From Lama glama (lineage: Eukaryota), in NCBI GenBank assembly GCA_028534125.1, contig CM052817.1, positions 81,718,001 to 81,782,000 on the forward strand: DNA of 64,000 nt. Reading direction: 5' to 3'. The notes beneath the pieces are model-generated. The model did not search any database and was not told the DNA's origin. It worked only from the letters and a program-made list of their open reading frames with translations. Every line of letters begins with the position of its first letter. The stretch's first letter is position 1. The position numbers and the translations under genes were made by a program. Positions 40,136 to 51,764 of this stretch are shown here, in pieces.

Positions 40136-41107
40136 CTGTTGTAGAAAGAGACACAGCAATGACTTTGACTTAGACAAGAAAGGGAAGGAATAACAGACTT
40201 AACCAGAAACAAAAATAAAACATCAGCATATCAATAGCAACAACAACAACTGAAGAAACGGAATGTCAAGGAAAGTAAAGTTCTAGTCCTACTTGCGAAT
40301 CATTCTGAAAGCCAAGAAAATGTGCCTGAGCATAAACTGCCCATAAAGTGCACTCAGTCGATGCACTTGAATTGTCTCCACCAGGTAAATCCACTTGGAG
40401 GATTTCAGCATCTTGGGAAATTCTCCAGAACTGTTAAATTATAATATAAAAATGAAAATGAAAACCGTAATTCTCATACAGATATAGAAAGAGCATGACA
40501 ACTTTTTTTTAACTCAGTACTGAGGAAATAAGTAAAACGTTAAAGCAGGCTTTAAGAATATTTGAGGAATTGGGCATTTACAAGTATTATTTTTAAATAA
40601 AAATACTAGAATAAGATTGTTAAGATAAAAACACAAAAAATCAGTGGCCTACAGAACATAAAACTATGACCTTTGGAATTCTCTCTCTGACTGGACAGAA
40701 GTGTTGTAAGTTGACACATAACCTGTCAGCATGCAGCATGTAGGCTCTGAGAGGTCAGAGCACAGGTTTGTTCACCTAGATCATGAAATAATCTTTGAGC
40801 GTGCCTGTAAAAAAAAAGCCTCTATACAGTATATACTCTTTTGTCTTATTTCCAAATTTTATTTCTAAATTTTTGATAACATTTATAAACACTATAATTC
40901 AGTCCTAGTTGTGGTTATTTGCGTATTTTATTTTTAAAATAATATGTAATAGGGATTCCTAGTCAACCTAAGATTGGGATATGTTTCTCAATATGTTCAT
41001 TTTCATTATCTCTCATTATGTTCATTTTTATGATCTGAAATTATGATTACTTTCATTGACTCATTATTCAAGAATTTGGGACAAAAATTGATTTAAATTT
41101 AATTCGA

Positions 41108-41235
41108 GACGGGAGGGTACAGCTCAGTGATAGAACATGTGCTAAGCACTCACAAGGTCGTGAGTTCAATCCCCAGTACCTCCATTAAAAAAAAGGAAAT
41201 AAACAAATAAATAAACAAACCTAAAAACAAATAAG
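41108..41235 (+). mobile_element. tRNA-derived SINE (camelid Vic-1-like)
   Basis: gggagggtacagctcagtgatagaacatgtgctaagc...gagttcaatccccagtacctcc; 14-bp TSD taaatttaattc(g/a)a. Confidence 0.92.
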
Positions 41236-41429
41236 TAAATTTAATTCAATTTGAAGTATCAGACTTTTCTAATTCAAAGGACATCAACATGATTTTCTCA
41301 AGGAATAAAAAATGATTACTGCAAACCCATTAAAACAAGTTAGTGATCACACAATTTGATATACATACACAGTTGGCCAGAATTTTTTATATATATGTAT
41401 ATATCACATGCATATAAATATAAATTGAT

Positions 41430-41663
41430 GAAAGAAAAATACCATATGAGATCGCTCATATGTGGAATCTAAAAAACAAAAACAAACAAAAACAAAGCAT
41501 AAATACAGGACAGAAATAGACTCATGGACAGAAATACAGACTTGTGGTTACCGTGGGGGGTGGGGTAGAGGGTGGGAAGGGATAGACTGGGATTTCAAAA
41601 TTGTAGAATAGATAAACAAGATTACACTGTATAGCACAGGGAAATATACACAAAGTGTTATGA
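41430..41663 (+). mobile_element. Relatively young L1 3' UTR running into the assembly gap
   Basis: gaaagaaaaataccatatgagatcgctcatatgtggaatcta...gatagactgggatttcaaaattgtagaatagataaacaagattacactgtatagcacaggg. Confidence 0.88.
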
Positions 41664-42163
41664 NNNNNNNNNNNNNNNNNNNNNNNNNNNNNNNNNNNNN
41701 NNNNNNNNNNNNNNNNNNNNNNNNNNNNNNNNNNNNNNNNNNNNNNNNNNNNNNNNNNNNNNNNNNNNNNNNNNNNNNNNNNNNNNNNNNNNNNNNNNNN
41801 NNNNNNNNNNNNNNNNNNNNNNNNNNNNNNNNNNNNNNNNNNNNNNNNNNNNNNNNNNNNNNNNNNNNNNNNNNNNNNNNNNNNNNNNNNNNNNNNNNNN
41901 NNNNNNNNNNNNNNNNNNNNNNNNNNNNNNNNNNNNNNNNNNNNNNNNNNNNNNNNNNNNNNNNNNNNNNNNNNNNNNNNNNNNNNNNNNNNNNNNNNNN
42001 NNNNNNNNNNNNNNNNNNNNNNNNNNNNNNNNNNNNNNNNNNNNNNNNNNNNNNNNNNNNNNNNNNNNNNNNNNNNNNNNNNNNNNNNNNNNNNNNNNNN
42101 NNNNNNNNNNNNNNNNNNNNNNNNNNNNNNNNNNNNNNNNNNNNNNNNNNNNNNNNNNNNNNN
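41664..42163. other. Assembly gap (500 N)
   Basis: Run of 500 N. Confidence 1.
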
Positions 42164-45100
42164 TTGTCATTTTCTTTCATTCAAAATATTGCAAATTGAA
42201 AGTAGTCAAGAATATTCAACTATTCAAACACAGGATGTTCACAAAAATTACTTTACAAAGGTAATTCTTCTCCTCTCAGTGACAACATAAGGAGGTAAGT
42301 GTTTCTGTCATTAATGCCACGTGTTTAAGAAGCAGAGAAAGAGAGAATCCCTAGAGGTGCCATCGGCAATGAACACTTGACTTGTCTCACATACCAGTTT
42401 CATTATTTTGTCAAGAGCATTATTCTAAAACAATGAGATCCTGAAGACAATCTCTTGCCTCTTGGAAGAGAATAGATTCTGAGGCTAAAAGACTGCACAG
42501 AGAAGGAATTCTAATCTTTATATCTATTTTTAAAAACAATGTTTTATTTTCTTATCTTAAACTTACACACATGGAGGGAGGTGATTCCATAAATAATTCA
42601 CCATTTTTGAAGGTGATTGCTGCAGCGGCACTACTCTCCTTTAATTCTTCCTATTCTTTTTACGAGAATTGACTAAACTCTTAAGTTAAGGAAAAATAAG
42701 GGGAATTTGCCTATCCATTTCCTAATTATTTTTTATATACTTGCTTGCATGCCAAGTTAGACATTCCCGTGCTTACTTCTTGAGAATAATGGGGCATCTG
42801 CTTTGGGCTGTATATTGGCCAACAGTCACCAGTCCAGATGAGGGAAGAAGGAGGAGGAATGAAGGTATTAGTCAGTCTCTTCTGTCCTGGTGGAATTCCA
42901 AGAAAGACAGAGAAGGGCCTGGCTGGGCTGGAAAGAATACTCTATGTTTGATTCAACCAAATTACATTTTGAAGGTTTTATAAAAATCAAAAATAAGAAG
43001 AAGTGAAATAAACTAGGTTAAATAAATTAGACAGAGGTTTACATGTTCTCCTATGGTTGGTGGAAAATTGCTTTTTCTAAGCAATGCTGAGACTTTAGTA
43101 TGAGGTTGCAGAAAGCTCATTAGGAAAGAAATTCTGGGAATCTCTTTTTGGTTTACAGCAATTAGCTATGTGAATACAGCCTTATTTTTTGTAGCAATTA
43201 ACTTTGTGGAAAAATCTCCTGTTAAATTATCTTTGGATAATATTCACAAAACTATCAGCAATTGTTTTCCTATAACTATGTCTTTGTTATTTCTTTGGCC
43301 CTTGTGTTGTTGTTGTTACAAAATAATTTTTCCATGTAAGAGGGCCAAGTTCCCACTGTTGTTGAACTAAGTCAGAGACTAGAAGGTTGGGATTATAAAT
43401 GCATTATATATGCATTTCCCTCCCTCTGGTGAGAGTTAGCTGTGAAAAACAATGCAGTAATCTGACTGCCACAAATTATCTTGTGACTTGTCATTTAAAT
43501 ACCATTCCCTATGAATGTCATTTCTTAGAAGAGGGAAATCAAATAATGTTCTTTTGAACACTGACAATTTAATTAATATCCATGAGTCCTCAAAAACTAC
43601 TTCTAGATTATTAAGATAGATTGAGCCTGATTCTTCCAAAGATAAGGGACATATCTCCTAATTATTGAGACATTCAGGTATAAAAGAATATCATTTATCT
43701 AACTATATCCATATCTTTATTAGTTTGTATCTATCAAAACATGGCCATCTAGACATATCTAGCAGAGCTAATTCAGAAATATCTACCCATAGTTAGCCAG
43801 TTTCTTTTCCTTTTACTCCCTTTGTCAGTATGGCTCCAGAAAGGGGCGAGACTAATATCACCTTGGAACAGAGAAAGACATGATGTAAGATCATTTCCTT
43901 TCCATGGGAAGCAATGGAAAGCCTACCGGTCCACTTCAAGTGGACTTTGGAAAGGAGAGGAAGACAGAAGCAGGGTTAGGAGATAAGATGCCACAGTCTT
44001 TTCTCACTGTCTTATAAATCAATCCTGGAGCTAGTCAACACCTAGAGAAAAATTATGGGGCACCCTTGGGCATCAAAGCTACAGACCTGTTTCTCAAACA
44101 CACTTTGTGTTGCAGAACAAACCCTTAAAGAAGACAAACAAGCCCAGATGAAGGTGGACGGATGGATCGGAAGCCATATTCTTGGTTCCCATAGCCTGCA
44201 GTGGGGTGAGGATTATTGGTGGTTGAAGTTCCTGCTTCTTTTATGAGATAAGGAAATGCTGAAACGATCAGTGGACCAGTGAGGGATCAACATAACCACG
44301 GTGTTTCAACAAAGGCCATACAAGGCACAAGGACTTCCCCAAAGTCAGTAGGCATCTAGGATTATGCAGGTCAGCACAAAGGATGCCCTGGAGTCAGAGG
44401 ATCTTAGACAGAAATCATCATATTGAAAACTAGATAGCATGTGGGTCTCCTTTCTACACAAAATTATGAAAATCCCATCTACCTGAATATCATCTTACAG
44501 AAAAACCTGGGGAAACTGACACTATCCATCTTTACCCTTATGTTAAACACAATGTTCTAAAGGTGCAAATGGAATACAATGTAACCAATAATTTAATACA
44601 TTTTTTCATGTGTAAATTTGGATCAGTTTTTATCTTGACAATTTTACTCAAGTCGAAGACATTCCAAAGAGAAGACTGTAACTAAAAAAAAATATGTAAA
44701 CTGAAAGAGGCTAAAATATTGGCACATTTCAAAGATCTCTTTCCCTCCTCAATCACTACTCAGTGATGTAGGGCTCATGAGAAATATTAAATAAAGTGTA
44801 GAAATGATTAGAGCTAACTTGCTTCCCCCACCTGAATGGTGGTAGATGTAAATTTGTGATCTCACATATATGAAAATAATATATATGAAAAGTTTGGAAA
44901 TCTGTGTATATGGTGGAAGATAATAGAAGAAATACATTTTAAAGGAAAGTTATTTGAAAAAACTTTTTTGAAAAAAATCTCTGAAATCCTAATTAATACG
45001 TTTCCATTGTAAAAAATTTAGAAATATAGAACTTCACACCGAAGAAAATAATCCATGGATATATTGTGCTGCAATCTTACTTGAAATAGGGTGGATGAGG

Positions 45101-45521
45101 AACAGTACTATGTTTCAGGGAATTTAATAATTAGAGCCACAAAATTACTGTCATTTTAGCAGCTTTTCTTTGTTCACGTTTCAGGTAAATTCAGGCTCCT
45201 TTTACACCAGCCAATAATCTTGTTTTGAGCAATTTTTAAGACTTCTTTGTGTCTTTGAAAGTGCTTTTGCTATGTATGAAAATGTACTCTTATACCCGTT
45301 CAGCTTTTCTGTGATGAATTAGTGCTAGATTTGTAGGCCTTTCTTTCAAAGTGAAGTCCACCTCCAAAGGAGGTTGACTCTGTAGGTCACTCAGTTCCTT
45401 ATCAGAAGAGCCAAAGCCGTATCTTTTCCAGCCCACTGTCCATCCAACAAGCTCATGAAATACAATTTCCAAGCCCAATCCAAGGTAGAGCTTTCTGTGT
45501 AGAAGTAAGAGTCTTTCTCAC

Positions 45522-45701
45522 CTCTGACGGTGCCTGGAAAATTCTATCACTACTGATGGCTTCTGATGGCAGGAGAAACCTGCTCTGAAGCAGCCCAAAC
45601 ATGCTGGTATGTACACTTCTTTGAAAGTTCAAGCTTATCTTTGCAAAGCTCCCAGTAGAGATGGACCAGAGGATGACACTTATGCTCCTTGTTTCCTTAG
45701 A
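45522..45701 (-). pseudogene. Candidate LRR pseudo-exon
   Basis: TACTAAC branch point and ccatgcag acceptor, cagag|gtgaga donor, 180 nt, phase 2/2. Translation includes SLLGALQR*A*TFKEVYI, a weak LRR match. Confidence 0.4.
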
Positions 45702-46939
45702 CTGCATGGAGCAGACAGTATAACAGGCTGAGTTAGTAGGTGGGAGAGTCCCCCACAGGGAAGTTTCCTCTCCTCTCGCAAACTTTCCCTTTTCCACTTC
45801 CTTCCTCCTTCACTCTCTTCCTAGCCCTACCCCATACCACTTCAATCTAGTATCTTATTTTCACTAGGAATTATTATTTCTCCCTATACTAACAGAAGAA
45901 ACGCTTTTAAATTCCAAAATGGCCCCCCTAAGAGAATGGTGGGGATTGCAAATTATCACATAATTTCTTAGATGCTAAATGTTGCAAGTACCATAATGTA
46001 TTGTTCTAATTAGGGGCTGCAAAATGGTTAATGGTGTGTGTGTCCTTATTAGAAAGACCATGCTATCCATATAAAAGTGATTAAAGAGAGGATAACAACA
46101 GATACTGCCATACTGTTTTGGTTGTCTTTATGAATAATGACGCTAAATGATGTTGATGTTTTGTGTCACTGCCTTCATATTCCCAGGACAGGGTAGCAGC
46201 ACTACCATCCGCCATAATTTAAATTCTAAATACCATCACACATGTTCTTTAATATACAAGGGGTCATTTTCTGGTTCTTAAATACAATATTTTTCTTAAA
46301 ATCCCATCTTTACTCTTTAACAAAATACTCTAATATCTCAAATGAAATACAGTGTAACAGTATTTTAATGTATTTCTCATGTATAAATTTGTTTCAGTTT
46401 TTACCTTGAGAAATTCTAAGTTGATGTGGATTTAGCCTTAGTTTTTATGCAAAAGCACTGTCATTGGTATTAGAGTCCCAGATCATATTTTGTGCACATA
46501 CAACAATTGCAAAAATAATAGCAAGAGAGTGCAACAAATTCAAAATGACTTAAGCAAAAAAAAAAGGAACAAGAAAAAAAATTATTTATTCCTTGGCACA
46601 ACTGTGCAGATTGCCTTTAGCTCGGCTAGATATGCAGGCAAACAGTGTCATCAGTACGCTATTAGCTTTCTTGACATTTAGCTCTGAACATATGCTAACA
46701 GATTCAAGTCTAGGTGAAATGGCTTCTTTCCATCAATGACTCCACATTTCTCACTGGCTTTTATTGGTCTATCTTGGCCCCTGTACCCCAATATTGACCA
46801 CTGTAACTAGAGATATGCTAGGGCACACAGGTCCCTGGAAACAGGGCAGGGCAAAGATTCAGAGTAAGAAAACGGTGTTCCCATTAAAACTTGGAGTACT
46901 ATTGCAAGAGGAAAGAAGCGTAGGAAGGAGAGAATGCCG

Positions 46940-47200
46940 TTCTTTCACTCGTTTATTTGATCAACCTTTATTGTATGTCTATTATGAGCAAGACACAGGT
47001 CTCGGCACTGGAACGAAGCAGTGACTAGAAAAAGAAAGCCCCTGTCCTCCAGAAACTTTCATTTGTGTAAGAAGATGGATGGTAAGCAAGTACTCAGACA
47101 GCAATAGAATAGATGAGGCCAAGGGCCATGAAGACAAGTAAGAGACTGGAGAGCAATAGATCATTATATTCAACAAAGTGACTGTTAAACATCATTCAGA
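46940..47200 (-). mobile_element. LINE-2 3' end
   Basis: ttcactcgtttatttgatcaacctttattgtatgtctattatgagcaagacac...ccctgtcctccagaaact. Confidence 0.7.
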
Positions 47201-49899
47201 GAAGAATTCGCAACAATATTAAATTTAGGGTCTACTGCTATTTTTACAATTGCAAATTAAAATGACATAAGTCTAGAGTATAAATATATTTCTACTAAGC
47301 CTAAAAGAAATGTTTGCATACATGTGACTTCTAGTAATTTACATAGAATTTTCTGCATGTGTGTGTGTGTGCACACGCATATATTCCCATATATATGTAA
47401 GTATATGTTTGAGTGAAACAGCATTTAATATGAGGGCCCCTATGATAAAAATCGCACCATGAATTATCTTCATCATTAGTGAGTTATTTGTAATAAACAA
47501 TCTGGGGTGGCCAGCTTGTCTTTGATAAAGAACAATATAACTGGTCTTTACACATATCAACCCTGTGACTTATGCCAACGTGCTCTCCCAAAGAAGTAAA
47601 TAAGAAATTATAGTTGATGAGTTTACTTCCATTAGAAGGAGACTAAAATTATAATAAATTCATTCAGGGACATAAATAAAATATGTAAACCTAATGTTAG
47701 TTTTAATAAACTTACTTTAGAATTCTTCAATATTTCTGAATTGCTATAATGTTCTGAAAAAATTAATCATGGCATTGCATATAAACACCAATATAAGAAT
47801 ATATATCTTTTCTTTTGCCTTATTTTCTAATATGATTTGAAAGGGCACTTATGCCTAGCACCTAGAAGATGCTCAAAGAATATTTGTTGAATGATTCAGT
47901 GAACAGATAAATCATTGTCTCCAGTTATGTCATTCATGGGGAGCAACCTAAGCTTCTATTGAAAGGGTATTTTTTTGCTTTCATTTCTCATCTGCAAAGC
48001 CCAAGTAGGCAGAAATCTAGCTTGTTAACAGGTAGGTAATGCAACAAAGGGTCAGAAGAGATCATAGAATGAGTTGAGAAAGTTTTATGATAATATTTTG
48101 CTCCTGAGATATTATTTCCATAGTTCTTTTTTATGGGACTAGAGTGCATTTTTGGTATTTTAATATTCCAATTAATTAATATTTATCAAGCATTTACTAC
48201 ACTGTCTTCAGTACTTTACACACATTGAAATAAAAAAACTTCATAAAACTTTAAGAGATGAGGATATCAAGTTACCCAGAGGCTAAATAACCCAGTTCAC
48301 ACACTTATTCCGTGAAGTCAAGTATATACCCAGAGTGGGACTTGAGTATCAGTGATATTAACTATGTTATTCTTATCCTGCCTCAGTGAACCCAGTATTT
48401 TAATTAACTATAAAATATTGCACAAAACATTGAATCTTACAAAGTCTGTATTTTCTTCTAGTGACAAAAAGTAACTTAAAAAAGGACTATGGGCTTCCTA
48501 TTGAATATGACTAATCTTAGAACTCCATAAAATTTTAATAAACCAAAAAACTTATTAAATATTATATAGATGCAAAGTGAATACTTAGCGCACGTGCCTG
48601 CATAACACAGGAGCACTTTTCTTTTTCTCAGTGGAACAAACCAGTAGATACTACTAACTTTCATCTTATTTCCACAGCATTTTTAACATGGTTTCTGCAG
48701 AATATTGCTTGCAGATAAGATTTAAAGATAACATTGCCAGGGTTGTCATCGACACAGCTAAATAAATGAACCACGAAAATGTTCTCATTTTAGCAATTTT
48801 GAAGGCACTGCCTTGACGCCCAAAAGCTGAAATTATATTTGTTAAAAATGTAAAGAGATGTGATTTCCTTCTCATTAGTTTTAACCAAACTGTCAGCTAT
48901 TTTATTTCTGAAAAGAATTCCCAGGATCTCTTATCTCCTTTAAATTAGGATGTACATTTAGATGATATTATAATCAAAAGGTTCATAGCTAATTTTCTGG
49001 AATAGTTAAGACACGTTAAAGAACTCTCAAGTGCACTGAAACAAACACTATTGTCTTATAATACATTGCAAAACAGCTAAAACAAAGTGGGTTTTCCTTC
49101 ATAATCCTATTATAGGCTTGAAATATAGTTTAATTACATGGACTATTAAAGCTTTGATTGAAGTTGGAAACTCTTATGAGTTTAGAATATTAACTTTAAT
49201 GAATATAGAAGAAATTTTCTCTGTGTTTCAAAATGCAATTATCCTACATGTCACCTCTTTCTGTGATTCAAGTAGAGTTGCTTTGCTCTCCTTTTAAATG
49301 TATGTTTTTTTCAAAGACAAGTTACAGCATTATGACTGAACCTCTTCTCAGAAACTTCTATCACTTTAGCAACTTGAGATTTCAAACAAAATTTAAGAAA
49401 TTATTTTTATGAAATTTCTGTCAGTGGAAGGACTCAAAATATACTAAGCACACAAACGTTTCAAACACATTTGATTTTAGCACTTCACTAATGATGGAAA
49501 TCTTGAAACTTTAATATATCAACACAAATATTAATTTTTCATAGGAAAATAACATTTCTGATTAGTATAATTACATGCTAATAATTATGGGCAACTTTCT
49601 TTTTTAGGATCTGAGTGGAAATGATTTTTTAAAATTCCTCAGTATATTTAGTTTTAAATTCTTATGATTTTAGCATGTATTGAAATTATCTGTGAAGCTT
49701 AAAATGAAAAATGTTTGTCTCACTTAAATTTCTTTCAGAAAATGGATTTATGAATAAAAAGTTTTTAAAAAATAACTGATAGGACATTGACAGAGAAAAG
49801 TCATTTACAGTCGTGATTTTAAATCTTTTGGGGTTATGGATCCTTTTAATAACATTTCATTCAACATATACACTGTGAGTTCCTGACCTCTGCCAGCTC

Positions 49900-50076
49900 C
49901 AGGGCTGGCTTTGAGGGTGTACAAGCCTTTCATGACTCAGGCTCGCATTCTCAGAAGTACCTCACACACGGTTTAATGCTGTGCTACTGCTGTCTTTTAA
50001 TTCTTAGTAATTTCTGAACAAGGAGCTCCACATGTTCACTGTGCACCAGGCCTAGCGAGTGATGGAAGCGGCCCTA
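49900..50076 (+). mobile_element. hAT DNA transposon MITE (MER45A-like)
   Basis: Terminal inverted repeats cagggctggctt / aagcggccct; internal ggtttaatgctgtgct...ttcttagtaatttctgaacaagg; 177 bp. Confidence 0.8.
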
Positions 50077-51279
50077 TCTGGCCTGTGTTCTGCATGATCT
50101 CTGACCTTAGGAAGTTCCAGGTTACTTGAGAAAGACGACAAAGAGGTGGACAAATAAATCTGTAATTAAAAATTACAGTGAGTAACATGAACAGAAAAAA
50201 GAAAAACAAAGGACTGTTATAATAAAGAGTGAAAGGAAAGAATGTTAATCTGCTTTAAATTGTTTGGCCTAGAACGGCCTATCTAAACCAGTGACATTTT
50301 AGCTAATACCTGAAGCATGAACAGGAACCAGTCCTACAATAAGTCAGGAAAACAGCCTTCCACGCTTAGGAAATACACAGAGCAAACGGTCTAAGACAGG
50401 TGTGGCAGTCTTAGATTTTCTTTCAATCAGCTGCCCACCTGTTTGGCTCTTCCAACCATCAACCCCTTCAGAGTCTACTCAACCTCAGCGAGCCACCCCA
50501 CCCAGAGCCTATCCCCTTTGTAGGGCATCCCATATCTTGCACATCAAACTCCATCTTATCATCTACCTCTGTAGAACCCAGCTTGTGCCAGTTGGAGCCA
50601 GAAGTGGTCCAAGAATTCAGACCACAGGTGCTTCTACAGCCCATGTATTGGAAGACATGAAAGCTGACAGCTGATAGCTCTGAGTGGGACCCAGAGCAGG
50701 GAGTATCTCTAAAGCTAATCTAGGCTACAGCATAAGCAGTCTGGTATTTTGGGCCACAAGATACATAAGATCCTATGTTACTGGGAAAAGATACCCTCGG
50801 GGAATTTATGGCAAACCCTGGTGAAAGAATTAGAATGGCCATTGTAACTGTAAAGTCTGAGGTTGCTCTTCCCTCCTTCCTCGTTTCTTTCTTTCCTTCC
50901 TATCTCCAACCAACATCTGAGCAACTATTCAGTGCAACATACTGTGCTAGAGTGGACACATCTATTTTTTCTATATAGGTCCCATTAGGATTTGAAAATG
51001 AATCACAAGATTTGGAAACAAAGCACTGTGTACTGCACCTTAATTCATAATACATTGTTCCGTTGTGTGGAGGTTAGATTGTCATCTTAGACATCTAAAT
51101 TTTAAATTAATCTGTAGTAGCAGAATTGCTTTCGTTTGTGTACTTATTGCCCAAAAGGTTTTCTTTTGATAACCGTAGCAAAATATCATTGATTTCTAAG
51201 TGATTTTATGTTAAGGAAAACATGAGTGCTGATGTGTTATTAGTGTTTTGCTTTGAGTGTAGAGTAATATTAACTGTTA

Positions 51280-51450
51280 CTTAGTGCACTCTCATTATCT
51301 ACCAAGTAGGATTTTGCTTTTCCTGTTTTACACAGGAAAGAGCTGAAACTTAGAGAAGCTCAGTGGTTTCCCAAGATTACACAGCTGGAAAATGGTAGAA
51401 CTGAGACCTGAAACATGGGGGTCTTTGCCAGAGCCTGTGCCCTCAACTAC
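51280..51450 (-). mobile_element. MIR SINE
   Basis: ttttacacaggaaagagctgaaacttagagaag...cccaagattacacagctggaaaatggtagaactgag. Confidence 0.8.
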
Positions 51451-51764
51451 TGTCTTATTTAGTGCTAGTGTGGGGAGTTTGAACAGATTTAACCTAATGT
51501 AGTTTTTAGAACAATAAAGTATATTCTCATCAAAGACTTAATTATCTAAATAATTCCAAAAATTGTAATGTTGAAACAGATGGTATAACTCTGTAATAGA
51601 ATTAATGTCCTCCTATTATACTTGTAAGTTTATAATTAGAAGACTAAATGTAAGGGTCATAAATGCACCTTCAAAAGACCCACAATATGATTAGATTATT
51701 TTCCTGTCCTAATGAAATTGGGGCTTTGAGAGGCTTTATTGTGGCGCATTTGTGTGTTTTGTAA

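Noticed and set aside
41548..42199. Three long ORFs in the ORF track
   Set aside because: Artefacts of translating through the N gap.
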